NCBI GenBank assembly: GCA_043228905.1
Contig: JBHGNT010000002.1
Location: 20,460,001 to 20,524,000, forward strand
Direction of reading: 5' to 3'
Source: Azolla caroliniana
Lineage: Eukaryota > Plantae > Polypodiophyta
Length of the DNA stretch: 64,000 nucleotides
A program made the position numbers and the translations under genes. The notes beneath the pieces were generated by a model. It was not told the origin of the DNA, did not search any database, and saw nothing but the letters and a program-made list of their open reading frames with translations. Below, piece by piece: positions 9,601 through 22,043 of the stretch; the first letter of the stretch is position 1; each line of letters opens with the position of its first letter.

Positions 9601-12600
9601 CGGACCGGTTTTCTCCAACCAGAACCCAATTTTGGCACATGCGCGGTTAGGTGGGGGCGGATGTCGTGAAGAAAACCGTCCCTTAGCGTAATCGGTGCAT
9701 AGCGCGCATGAACTGGCTCTTCACGCGTGTGCGCCCTTTAATGTATATAATAGAGAATTAGGTACAAAGGTATATCCTAGGTAGTTAGATTCGGTAGGTA
9801 GGAAGTTAATGAAGGAAACGGCTCCCTTCTTGAAGCTATAAAAGAGAGGGAGACGCGGGGAGAGAGGATCGCGCGGAGAGGAGGACGAAGTGTTGTCGGA
9901 CCGAAACCGAACGCTTCTCCTCCGTTCGTTCTCCATCGCTCTTCTCTGCAGGTTTTCGGGAGGCTCGCGCTGCTTCGAGGAACGCCCGTGTGCTTCCGGC
10001 AGCACCTCCATCCTATCCCCTTTCGTGCGCAGACGAGCAGGCATCGGCATCTGTTCGCCGGCCTGTTCAGTTGTAACCGCTCGCGTGCTCTGTTGTTTTT
10101 GTGTCATTTGTTAATATACAAACATTCGTGTCTCTCTGTCCCTGTGTCCATTCGTGTCTTCCGCGTTGACGGGCCGTGCCCCCTGTGTTTCTTTGCTCAT
10201 ACTCTCTTTCTCTTTCCCCTTCTATCACCTGCTCTTTGGTTCAAGACCCCGGTGGTCCCGCCTCGTTTCTCCACGCACGCGCGTACTAACGCGACAACGT
10301 TATCTTTTGTCTACGCAACGCTACGCTTCTAGGTGAGCTACGTCACGGCAGCAGATGCCCATATCCTTCAAAATCCTCTTGAGCCATACGGCTTCACATG
10401 CAACTATGGTTGTGCCCCTGTATTCGGCCTCTGTACTCGAAAGAGCTACGGTTGGTTGCTTCTTACTACTCCACGAAATTGCTCCGCTACCAAGGGAGAA
10501 AACAAAACCAAAGGTTGATCGTCAATCGGCTTTGTAGCCGGCCCAACCGGCATCTGTGTACCCTTCGAGTCGAATTGGTGTGGCCGATGCATAGAGGATG
10601 ACATTGTAATCCATTGTGCCATTCACGTATCGTAATACTCACTTAGCACAATCGAAATGGATATGTTGCGGAGTTTGCATGAATTGGCTAAGGAGGCCAA
10701 CCGGATAGTTGAGGCCGGGTCGACTGATCATGAGATAGATGAGGCTCCCGATCAATTGTCAATATTGAGTCGGCTCGCACTTGTCTGTGCTGGAGTCGGC
10801 ATCTAGTTTGAGGTTTCGATCGAGAGGGGTTGCCACAGATTTGCACTCAGCCATCCCGAACTTGTATAATAAGTTAAGAATGTAGTGCCATTGAGAGATC
10901 ATAATGCCGGTTGGAATCCGAATTACTTCGATTCCAAGAAAGTAATGAAGTTCCTTCATGTTCCTCATCTCAAATTTGTTGGAGAGGAGGGGATTCACCT
11001 TGTTGATGTCGACTAAATGCTCACCTCCAATCACCAGATCATCTATGTATAAGATGATGACAATCGAGCTTCTAGAGTCATTTCATACATAGAGGGAGTT
11101 GTCAGATTTCGACATTCGAAAGCCGATTTGATGAAGATATTGCGTAATCTTCGAATGCCAAGCACGCGGTGCTTGCTTGAGGCCGTAGAGTGGCTTCTTG
11201 AGTTGGCATACGACTTTCAAATGAATGATGGATTCGAAGCCGGGTGTTTGTACCATGTACACGTCCTCTTCTAATTCACCTTGAAGAAAGGCGTTCTTGA
11301 CGTCCATTTGGTGGAGGTGCCATCCTTTCGCCGTTGCAAGTGTGATCACGGTCCGCACAGTCGTCATCTTTGCCACCGGGTCAAATGTCTCTTCGTAATC
11401 GACTCCATGTGTTTGAGTGTATCCTTTCACTACGAGTCGAGCTTTGTAACGGTTTACGGAGCCGTCGGCATTATACTTCACCTTGTAGATCCATCTGCAG
11501 CCTATCGCCTTCTTGAACAGTGAGTGGAGGACAAGATCCCATGTCTTGTTTTTGGAGAGTGCTTGCATCTCCTCATTCATCACTTCAACCCATCTGGGGT
11601 CCTTCGCGGCTTCGGAAAACGTTTCCGGATCCCGTACTATCGCTACCTTCATCATAAAGGCGTAATGGTACGCCATATAATCATTGTAGTCAAATCAGCT
11701 TACGGCGTTCTTTTCACGGGTGGATCGGCGGAGCTTCTCGTTTGCGGATACTAAATCTTTCTTCACTCCATTTGTCCAGATGTCAACGCCGTCGAACTCA
11801 CTATTGAGGGAGTGAGTTGATTCGTTGTCGTCGAAGTGATCGTCTTCATACTCTCACATTTTTGCCTTCCCTTTGTCCAGCTTCGGACTCATTCGAGATG
11901 TGCTTTGATCGCTCGGAGGCTCTTGTGGCCCACTAAGCCTTCTCATAATTGGGCTTTCTTTGAACATGTGCGTAAGGCGATCTTCATCTTCTATCTCTTG
12001 TTCGGCGGATTCCGAGTCGAGCAGAATTAGAGTCGAAGTTGTCTCTGGTGCCTACCAAGATGCAGACTCGTTGAAAACGACGTCTCGACTTACTCGAGAT
12101 TCTCGAGTTGAGGGATTATAGCACTTGTACCCCTTTTGCTCCAGTGAGTATCCTATGAGGATACATTTCTCCGACTTCAGGTCGAGCTTTTGTCGCTTTT
12201 CGTCGGGGATGTGCACATACGCAATGGAGCCGAATATTCGAACATGTGATAGATCCGGCTTCTTTCCAAAAAACTTCTCGTGCGGCGTGAGTTCATGCAC
12301 GCCGGATGTCGTACACCGACATAGAATTCACTCTATGTCTCATTACGAATAATCCACCGTAGTCATCGTACTCGGAGTCGGCGGCGTAAGTGGAAGCCAA
12401 CTCGCGCATCTTCTTTTGACACTCTTCTTCGCAGTGGCCGACTTTGCCGCAATATCCGCATTAGATTGAGGTTTGTCGACTCGAACCAGAATGGTATCTC
12501 CCCCTTCTTCCAAAGGTTCCTCAATGGCCTCCATCTTGTTGCCGTAATTGAGAGTTGTTTTCATAAATCAGGCCTCGTCCGCCTCATCCTTGGCCGAATC

Positions 12601-13413
12601 AGCCTCTTCTTGCACGGTCGCGTCCTCTCCTCCATCCGAATGCGTGTAGAGTATGTGGCCTTCTGAGGCGTTGCTCCTTGTTCAAACATGATTTTCTTCG
12701 ACCAACAACATGGATTAAAGATCGAAGAAAGAGGGTGGATTCTCTCGTGCTAGTATGGCGGTCCGCATCGCGTTGAACCATGGTGCAAGGCCATCGAGGC
12801 ATATTTGCACCATTTTTTCATCCTCCACATTGACGCTTATTGAGCCGAGTGCATCACAAAGCTCCTTGATCTTCAAGGTGTAGCTTGTTATGGACATATC
12901 TCGTTGTTGGATGTTGTTCAACTCTTGGCGGAGCTGAGGCTTTCTCGTGGTCGTGTTGGCAGCGAAAATCTTTCGTAGATTCTCCCACTCTTCCTTTGGA
13001 ATCTCGGCTTCTCGAATGTAGCCGAGCATGTGGTCGTGAACACATGTCACTCGACTTGCCGCTTGCTCCCATGTTGCGTAGTCAGGGTCTTTCGGGTCGG
13101 GTCGGGCTCCCTTGATGTAACCCCAATAGCCTTGGCCGACAAGGTATTGGTGCATCTTGTACCCCCAAGATGCGAAGTTGTTTCGGTCCAACTTCTCGCT
13201 AGGGAGAGCGCTCCCCATTTGAGTATTCATTATCGATTAACCCCATTTGAGTATTCATTGTCGATTAAGCTTCCTTTATTCTTTTCCTTCTCTCTCGAAC
13301 ACGAGCTATGTAGTGGTATTACAATAGCGATGAGCTGGTTCTTCTTGAACATCGGTGTAGAGCACAACACACGATCATGATGAGGCGAGTGGGCTAGATC
13401 GAGCTACCAAATC

Positions 13414-13425
13414 GCTGTGATACCA
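13414..13425 (-). promoter_or_regulatory. Copia PBS, tRNA-iMet type
   Basis: TGGTATCACAGC directly after the 5' LTR; one mismatch to canonical TGGTATCAGAGC. Confidence 0.85.
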
Positions 13426-13875
13426 TGTAAAGAATTGATGGTGATTCTTGTGCAGCGGAATAGATGTGCGTTATGTGTATGTGTGAGAGGAATTAGAGGA
13501 GAGAAGAGAGAACACAAGATAGATAGAAAAAGGAATACTCAAGAAGAAGGTGTATATTCACAAGCAGAATAGGAAATACAAAATGTAGCATTACAAGGAG
13601 TCACAACCGACTTAATATGAAGTATGAGGAGGGTGCTTTAAATATAGTCACCCTCTCTCTTCATTAACTAACTACAACAACCATTCTCTCTTGGGAATGT
13701 GAAGACTCGTAGTCATGGGGAATATGTAACTCATTAGTTATGTGTCATAGAATATGATTCTATGACACATAGTTAATGTGTAGAGAGTAGTGGTGTGACT
13801 CTTGACCTTTGAGTAATCATAGATTCTCAAGAGGTGTGTTCACATGTTGCACTATGTTGAGCTTGATTCTCAACA
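13426..13875 (-). repeat. Copia 5' LTR
   Basis: Direct repeat of 1711-2160, followed on the minus strand by the PBS. Confidence 0.95.
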
Positions 13876-14410
13876 GTTGTCGACAAGCTCAGCTCCGTCT
13901 GAACCCCGCGAAATGCGCATTTTATGTCTCTAGCGACGCTCTGCTAGGGCATATTGTCAACCGCCAAGGGATCGTTATGGATCCGGACAAGGTGCAGGTC
14001 ATTTTGAGCACCTCGACCCCTACCACAGCGAAGGCATTCAGCCAATTCTTGGGCCAAATTAGATGGCATAGTCAAATGTTGCATTATCTGGCCAAGTTCA
14101 CGACACCACTACACACGGCGGTACATCGAGTCCCTTTCCGATGGACGAAAACAGAAGACGAAACTTACAAGGCTCTCAAGGTTATGCTCTCGCATGCACT
14201 GGTTGTGCAACCCCCCCATTGGTCACAACCATTCCATGTGTTTGTTGACGCTTTCAACGTGGCTATCGGAATCGCTCTAATGCAAATTACACCCCCAAAC
14301 TGGTATCGCCAGTGTACTATGCTAGCAAACGACTTTCGGCCGCCGAAAATAACTATTCAACAACGGAACGTGAAGCACTCAGAATGATATACAACATAAC
14401 AAAGTTTTGG
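13876..14410 (+). mobile_element. Gypsy element A pol, 3' part (RT end and RNase H)
   Basis: Resumes the frame cut at 1710 (LERC|RQAQLRLNPAKCAF). RNase H motifs FHVFVDAFNVAIGIALMQ and NYSTTEREAL (shifted frame). Confidence 0.9.
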
Positions 14411-15863
14411 AGTAGTTGAAGCACGCCAAGGAGAGAATAGGCTATATAAATCGTGGAACAACAGAAGGAAAAAGGGGGGGGTGAATATATGCATATGTTA
14501 GGATATAGAAGAGAGAGAGTGACTAATATAATCGCCCAGTGTTGCCTTATAATCGATTATATCCAGTAATCAATACACCTACTTTTTGGGTCATGTTTGT
14601 TTCTGTTTCTTTTTTCTTTCGATTCTGTTATTTCTAAATCTTAAGTGGAATACCAATTGTGGCCGGCTATTGTGTAAACCGTTTGGCCCTACTTGCCCCT
14701 ACCTTAGTCTCCTACATAAGCACGATTCCTTGACCCAATTACTCAAGGGAGTAATCGAAGGTGTTTCTCCAAGAAGGAGACAACCATTGTTACATATCTA
14801 TTTGACTCAAGATTGCCATTATACCATCATGTCTTTCACAGATAAGCACATAATTGCACTCTAGTATATGTATACATAACTAGGAACGTTATAGAAGACT
14901 TGTGGATGTACATGGCATACTTCTGGTACATCTTGCTAGTGGTAATATTGTGGGACCACCTAAGTTGTAGGAAATATACTGTAACAATGTGGAGGATCTT
15001 GAGTGCTCCTCTCTCAAAGCACGAGTTTATTGGTATCCCTTTTGTAGATGGTTGATAATATCACGGAAGCCTCTTATATGAGGACCCTCATCGAGTTTTC
15101 ATATTTTGCACTAAACAAGTTTGGGAATCAAAGTATCACAATTTGGTATGATGCCTTGTATTTGACCAAGTCATTCGAGTTTGCATTTCACACATCGTCA
15201 ATCCTATCCACTCCCTACACACAATCTTCTCAAAGTCCCAATGTACGCTCTTGATTGCAAAGTTTATTAGTAAATTCTTGGACATCAAGAGTCACTACTA
15301 GTACTCAAGTCTATGTACACTATGTAAAAATGTTTCACTTTTCACCTTATAGGTCATGTTTGAGCTCGAAGGATGATAAGAAAGTCTACCTATATTTCAA
15401 CCCATCTCACATCTCTTTGATTAATATGGAATATAAAAATCATGAAACTTATGAAAGTGGTTCTAGACCTCGGAAACCTGAACTGTTTCACCAATTTTTA
15501 TTATAAAATTTAATATTCATTGTTTACAATCCGTGGGTTGATGAATTTACGTTTTCAATGCCATTATAAAGGTTGTGGGATGTTAATTTACATAATCATT
15601 TTAAAGTGAATATATGACACCTGCATTTTTATTGTGATTTACTTTTAACCACTAAAAAAATTGTCGTCATCGTCAACCCTAGGGTTGTAAAATGTGAGTT
15701 TTTATAAATATTTATTCTACATTGTGCAAAGCAAGATATGTGGGAAATTTTTCAAAATGTTTTGATTTTTGTAAGTAATTGACAAAGTGACAATGGAAAA
15801 ACCCAATGCTATGGTGTAACTACTTTGAAATCAACAAAATAAAGACAACTAGCAATTCCACGA

Positions 15864-16250
15864 GAGAGCCTTGAATCAAACTATAATTCGAGTAATCTAT
15901 AGTTTAGAGATAATGTGGAAGTCTTAAAGGTGTTATGAATCAAGTTAGAAAGATAGGATAGAGGTCCAAGAAATGTTGTTATATGAGATGTTTAGATAAC
16001 AAGCTCCACCACACAATCCTTGAGATTTACATGTTAATGTCCATGGAGTTCTAGGAGAAGCCTTGAAACAAACTTTGATTTGAGTAATCCATAGTTTAGA
16101 GATTATGTGGAAGTTGTAATGGTATTATGAATCAAGTTAGAAAGATAGGGTAGTGGTCCAAGAAATGTTGTTATATAAGATGTTTTGATAACAAGCTCCA
16201 CCACACAATCCTTAAGATTTACATGTTTATGTTTATGAGAGAAGCCTTTG
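15864..16250. repeat. Tandem duplication of about 190 bp
   Basis: The block GAGTAATC..AGTTTAGAGA..GGTCCAAGAAATGTTGTTAT..ACAAGCTCCACCACACAATCCTT occurs twice. Confidence 0.8.
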
Positions 16251-16339
16251 GCAACCACACCTCCTATATGGAAGAGCTCCAACACAACCCATGTATCATG
16301 AAGATGGAAAGTCAAAGAAAGTACACAATGAGAAGGGGA

Positions 16340-16860
16340 AAAAAACCCACTATGAAAAAGGGTAGCTTACTCCCTAATGAGAAGCTAGGATACACAAGGT
16401 TTGCAAGTACTTGGGCACACAAGATGTACCAATTCCTCGTCTACATTCAAGACTATTCAAAAAATATGCCTACCCAAGTTGGAAGCAAGGGGAGAATCAC
16501 ACGACGTATTGTCTACGACATGCATGCATAACAAAATGCTCAACAATATGAAAGATGCAAAGACATGGACAAACAAATGGAACAAATTGAAGAAGATGTT
16601 CTTCACCAACATGCCAACTTGCAAGCTCGAACATGGAAGAGCTCAACAACATGAAACAAATAGATATGTCCATCAACGACTACACCCTCAAGATTAAAGT
16701 TCTTTGGACTCTCATGTTTCCATCATTGAGTACATGATGGTGCAAATATGTATTAGTTTTCTATCACAATGAGTTGAGCCACTTAAAACCACTAGCATCA
16801 TCTAAGATGAATAATCATTGTTTTTCAACCTCTAATCCATATTATTGGTCAAAGAAAACT
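16340..16860 (+). mobile_element. Degenerate copia gag remnant
   Basis: GSLLPNEKL..FASTWAHKMYQFLV and CMHNKML..WNKLKKMF align with GSALPSEKL..FASWGYKMHQYLV and CVHDHML..WENLRKIF of the copia gag at 12715-13230. Confidence 0.75.
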
Positions 16861-17144
16861 AAACTAACACCAAGAGTTTTGTGACAAAGATTTCCAAATG
16901 ATCTATCCCACTCAAACAAATACTATAGTTGACAAAGCTTAGATGATGGTCATGAAAAAAGAAGAAATAAGCAAGCTTAGAAATCCACATTAGTGGAAAC
17001 AATGGCATGCAAAATATTAAAAGTTTCTAGGAAAAATGGAAATTCAAATGAAGAGGAAGTTTCAACAGTAGAGCACATTGCCCCAAAAACATACAACAAC
17101 TAGGATTTACTTGTCCATGTTGGGGAGATTCTTTTATAGCTTTG

Positions 17145-17531
17145 CGATATCCAATTCCAAAATTAACTAAGGATTATTCACCTAAGGTAAATTAGAGAAT
17201 TGCCAAGTCATCATCAAAGCCTTGCGAAAACAAAAGGTAGTGGTATATATCATAAACTAAATGATGAGTATACATGGATGGTAGATCAGGTTAATAAAGA
17301 ATGGGAATCATGACTCATGAGATTCAATAGGTGTTGGCAAATGTGCTTGTCAAATGGAAATGCCAGCTTCTCAATATCCAATTCCAAATTTGACTAAGAA
17401 TACGCGCAAGGTAGATTAGAGAATAGCATGTTATCAAAGCCATGTGAATACAAAAACAAGTGGTGTATATGATAAACTAAATTATGTGAATACATGGATG
17501 GTAGGGCGGATTAATAAAGAATGGGAATCAC
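17145..17531. repeat. Diverged direct duplication of about 165 bp
   Basis: ATATCCAATTCCAAA..TACATGGATGGTAG..TAATAAAGAATGGGAATCA at about 17145-17310 and 17374-17530. Confidence 0.7.
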
Positions 17532-17729
17532 AATAGTTGGTGGCAACGTCGTCTTCCCTTTCAACGCGGAGGTGTTCAGTTGGGAGGGTCTCGGTGGTGG
17601 GAGGCAAGACAATTTTCCGGTGCCACGAGAGGGCACCTTTGATTAAGAGGTGTCGAAAAGAGAATGTGCGGAGAAGGTCCTGTGGATGAAGTGTCCAAAG
17701 CTATGCCGTGGGCGGCACACGGGTGCGCA

Positions 17730-18135
17730 TGTGCCCCTAACTTGACTTGACATGACATAACATGTCACAACTTGACTTGACTTGATTGGAGGAGGAGATG
17801 GAGATGAAGTATGTAAATGTTTGAGACTTCTCCATCATCTCTCTATCAAAGATACCTGCGTGTGCCCATAACTTGACTTGACATGACCATAACATGTCAT
17901 GACTTGACATGACCATAACATGTCATGACTTGACTTGACTTTTTGGGACTTGACTTGATTGGAGGAGGAGATGGAGATGAAGTATGTAAACGTCCGAGAC
18001 TCCTCCCGCGTGTGCCCATAACTTGACTTGACATGACCATAACATGTGACAACTTGACTTTGACTTGTTTGACTTGGAGGAGATGGAAAGTATGTATGTA
18101 AATGTTCGAGACTTCTCCATCATCTCTATATCCAA
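17730..18135. repeat. Compound tandem repeat just upstream of the JmjC gene
   Basis: Repeated ACTTGACTTGACATGACCATAACATGT modules and three copies of GGAGGAGATGGA..AGTATGTAAA..GAGACT. Confidence 0.8.
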
Positions 18136-18188
18136 AATCTTTGATATTTTGCTTCTTGTTTTTTGGGTTTCCTTCTCTTTCACTAAAA

Positions 18189-20238
18189 ATGGAAGAAGAA
18201 GAAGAAGAAGAAGAAGAAGCAGGAGGAGGAGCAGAACAAGAACAGAGGAGGAGGAAGAAGCAGCTATGGCGAGAGGTGAGACAACTGTCTCTGGGACTGC
18301 ACGGCCAGGTGGATCGCCTCGTTGGCCAGCCTTCTCCCCTCCGTTTCCTCCGAGAGTTTGTCCTCCCCAACAAGCCCTGCATCATCTCTCACGCCATCGA
18401 CCACTGGCCTGCCCTCTCTTTGTGGACCTCCAACGATTACCTTGTCGACCGCCTCAGGGATCAACAGGTTAGTCTCCATTTCACCCCCCATGGTCGCGCC
18501 GATTCGCTTGTTGTTCCGAAACGTGCTTCCTCTCATGGTCATGCTGTAGTTCCTATGTTTCCTGAACCTCTTCCTGGTGTTTCTATGTGTGGAAACCGAG
18601 AGAAGAACGGTTTTTGGAATCATGAGGAGAGGTTAGAGTTTGAGGAGGATTTGACATGTAGAAATGGATTACGTACTGAGATTAAGAAAGAGAAGTGTAA
18701 TAAAGGTTCAAGATGTGGTAATGATGTAAATTCTGAGTGTTCGAGATGTGCTGATTACAGAACTTCTGAAAATTCAACGTGGCGTGATGACTTAGCTTAT
18801 GCGCATTCAAGATATGGTAAGGGCATAGATTCTAAACATTCAAGAGATGGTAAGGGCATAGATTCTAAACATTCAAGATATGATAGTGCCATATATTCCG
18901 TATCAGATATAGATGTGGAGAGATTCAATCACTCCGCATCTGACATTGATAGAAAAGAAGATGTTTTGAATCAGTCGATGGTGGTGTCGGATTCTATACC
19001 TGATATTGATGGTGAAATAAACCAGAATTCTACATCTGACATAGATGAGGAAGAAGATACTCGTAATTGTATGTGTTCATCACAATGTTCTCATTACAAA
19101 CCTTTAGAGGAAAGGAAACTTAAAGAGAACTGGTTTGCAACTGCACATGTAGAACGAATACCTTTCCCAAAAGCCCTAGAGTTTATCATAAACTCTAGTT
19201 ATGGAAATGGAAATGGTGTAGCATATGCTCAAGAGCAAAATGGATGTTTTCTCTCCGAATATGGTGTGCTCGCTCATGATGCAGAAGTTCATATCCCTTG
19301 GGCCACAGAAGCGCTGGGATGTATGCCTGAAGCAGTAAATCTATGGATTGGCACTGAAAAATCAGTCACGTCCTTCCACAAAGATCACTATGAGAATCTC
19401 TATGCAGTGGTTACAGGAGAAAAGCATTTCACACTCTTACCACCTACAGACATGCATCGTCTTTACATACGGGAATATCCCTCAGCATATTACACAAAGG
19501 TAAATGCTAATCTGATTTCCCTAATGTCCATAAGTTTTCATGACTTTCCCCAATTGCCCCTGTTAAACCTATGCGTGAAGAAGAATATGTGTTATTTGAC
19601 CAATTAATTATGTGGTCAATGTATACCTCTTTCTCAACTACACGTGTTATTGTAGCAACTAATTATATGATCAATAAAAAAATTGCAAGGGTATTTCAGA
19701 GCTCTTTTCTTAATTTAATCTTATCACTCTATTCTGATAAGAATGTATAAATAACATCATTGCATGTGTAGAATGATGGAGAATTTAGTTTGCAACAACA
19801 TGAGCCTCGCACATTTGTTCCATGGGCCAGTGTGGATCCATATCCACCACCAAGCGAGGTTTCCATGGCAAAATCAGAGTTTCATGAGTATTTCAATGGT
19901 CCGAAGCCGTTCACGTGCACTGTAAGAGCTGGGGAAATCTTATACCTGTGGGTAAACAAACTTGATTTCTCTTGTCTTGCAACATATCAAAACATTAAAT
20001 CCTACTTTGTTTATATTTCAGGCCCAGCATGTGGTTCCATCATGTTAGGCAATCTCCTGATCTGAGTGGACGTACAATTGCACTCAATTTTTGTAAGTTT
20101 CAAGATATGGATAAATCTTGTATCATAAGCTTCAGCCGGGAATTCCTTAACATTTGAAGCTCTTTTTGTTTGTTAGGGTATGACATGCAATTTGACATCA
20201 AGTATGCATACTACAACTTTTTGGCTTCGTTCCCATAA
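18189..20238 (+). CDS. JMJD7: JmjC-domain 2-oxoglutarate oxygenase, JMJD7 / Arabidopsis JMJ32-like; exons 18189-19499, 19772-19947, 20022-20092, 20177-20238
   Basis: Motifs FLREFVLPNKPCII, PEAVNLWIG..VTSFHKDHYENLY (HxD), GEILYLPSMWFHHVRQ (distal His) and NFWYDMQFDIKYAYYNFL. GT-AG introns join in frame. Confidence 0.9.
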
Positions 20239-21287
20239 TGCATAATGAAATGATTAGGTGAGTATTAGTTGACAGAGAACATAATAGGAAAATGGCCTAA
20301 TTGATAACTTGCAATATTGTTTTCTATACAGGTATGGAGGTCAGAAATGGACAAGATGAAAGTTCTTTGGGATCATGTTGTATTTACAGAACATTCAAAA
20401 GCTGTAACAAATATTTGAAATTTGCATTTCAAAAGAATCCTATGTGTATGTATCTTTGAACGTGGTGGATCTATTGATACGAAGTGAGTTGAGAAATATA
20501 GGAGGATGATGATGTACTGATTAGCTAAACTTCTTTTTATGTTTCATGATCTTGCATGTACATGTTCATAATTACAGTTTGTAATCTACATCTTTAGTAA
20601 TTCTGATGGGCAACGACTTCTCTACAGAATACCTGTGCTCTCCCACATAAGTCATTTCCTGTTCACACTTGATTAGTTTCTAAATTGCCTGCATTGTTCA
20701 CCACACCCACGCTCTCCCTTATAAGTAATCCTTGTTAATGTTTGGTTACGTGTTAAAATGCCTATATTTATATTGGTTACATCTGTAAGCCATTTGGCTT
20801 GCCTTTCAACTACATCCAATACATTGCTTAGGAAACCTTCAATGCCATGTCCCATCTCCATTTGCTGATTAGCTTGAGTCACTCTGAAATTGAGAGAATT
20901 GACGTTTCCAGATTGCTTTGGTTAATTTGCAATAGGAACCATTAATTTGATGAGGGTACATAATAATAAGTTATTCTGAGAGGCAATCATTCTTATTTAT
21001 TTGATCTCGTTTTTATCCATTGCTATTGTTACACATGCACACCACACTATGTTCTGAATGCTTTGAAAATTAACCTAATTCTCATTTTTAATGCAATAGA
21101 AAGCATCATTAACATTCGCACAACCACTAATGTTACCACATCTGATAGATGCTGTGCATTGCCATTCCTGCACCCTCAAACATAGGACTCCAGGTTGCCT
21201 GAAGTTCATATCCCAATCTTTGTACATATGTTTTTGTGACAGCGTTGTACCTCATTCATTTCAATACCAAGGTCCATTGACAAAACT

Positions 21288-21525
21288 CAATTGCTTATAC
21301 CAGCTATGTATAAATTTGCAACAGTATTTGTAAAACCTTTGTACTACATATATTACAGCTGTAAACACATGATAGCCTCATTTACCCTCATTAGTGTGGC
21401 ATAGCATAATCCACTGGCAAAACACAATTGCTTATACCGCCTATGTATAAATTTGTAACAGTGTTTGTACTACATTTATATTCAGGCTGTACAACAAATG
21501 ATAGCCTCTTCTTACCCTCATTAGT
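21288..21525. repeat. Direct duplication of about 110-135 bp between convergent genes
   Basis: CAATTGCTTATACC..CTATGTATAAATTTG..ATGATAGCCTC..TTACCCTCATTAGT occurs twice. Confidence 0.75.
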
Positions 21526-22043
21526 TTTGGTGCCACATTCCGCGACCACCCACATCTCATTTACTACAAAGGTCAGAAACATTTGAATCTAAGGAATGAG
21601 CATTTTGGGTATTTTCATACATGCAAAAGATGAGGACTTTGCCCAAAATGTAGGATCAGTCAATACAAATGAGATAGCAAGATTATGCATGAGAGCTTAT
21701 AAAAGAAAAAAATGATATCACCCTGCTTATTATATTATGCATGAGTATCCAAGAAACCGTCTGGTAATTCTACTGCTGCCTTTTGTGGATCTCCTTGAAA
21801 TAGATCATTCTAAAGACATAGGCTCATAGTGACAATCATATCCATGCAGATTCTAGACACTAGCTGCCTTCAACGTATTATGGCAGAGTTCAATGCAATG
21901 TTTCATGCATGGAGAATATCTACATCAGGATATGATAACAGCCATAGAAAACTGGTTGATACCTGATATACGAAAATAACATATAGGTTTGCACTGCAAA
22001 ATCTCCCCTGGACAGAATTGAAGTATTGTTAAATTGTATCACA

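Larger units (their letters stand above)
3319..10296 (+). mobile_element. Ty3/gypsy element B, GC-rich, near full length, no chromodomain seen
   Basis: LTRs ~3319-3925 and 9662-10296; PBS TGGTGAACCCGACGTGA; PPT GGTTAGGTGGGGGCGGA (9645-9661); domain order gag-PR-RT-RH-IN. Confidence 0.95.
2492..10350 (+). mobile_element. Solo LTR of about 880 bp (2492-~3320 plus 10297-10350), split by gypsy element B
   Basis: Ends TGTCGTGAAGTA..TACGTCACGGCA form an imperfect inverted repeat. Flanks GCGG (2488-2491) and GCAG (10351-10354). Removing it restores the copia RNase H frame (KDMGIRIKDPTPIYCDN). TATA-like CCTATAAAAGG near 3026. Confidence 0.7.
1711..13875 (-). mobile_element. Ty1/copia LTR retrotransposon, internally deleted, interrupted by nested insertions
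   Basis: Two 450-bp LTRs (1711-2160, 13426-13875) with TG..CA ends and TSD GTTGT (1706-1710, 13876-13880). PBS TGGTATCACAGC; PPT at 2161-2173. Gag 13230-12715, RT 11676-10759 (YKARLVVKG, QMDVKNAFLQG), RNase H split between 10355-10550 and 2230-2487. Confidence 0.95.

Noticed and set aside
3811-9618. Numerous long antisense and alternative-frame ORFs in gypsy B
   Set aside because: Expected in GC-rich coding DNA; no recognisable domains.
14420-15850. Short ORFs suggesting a further transposon remnant
   Set aside because: No motif I could recognise; needs a translated search.
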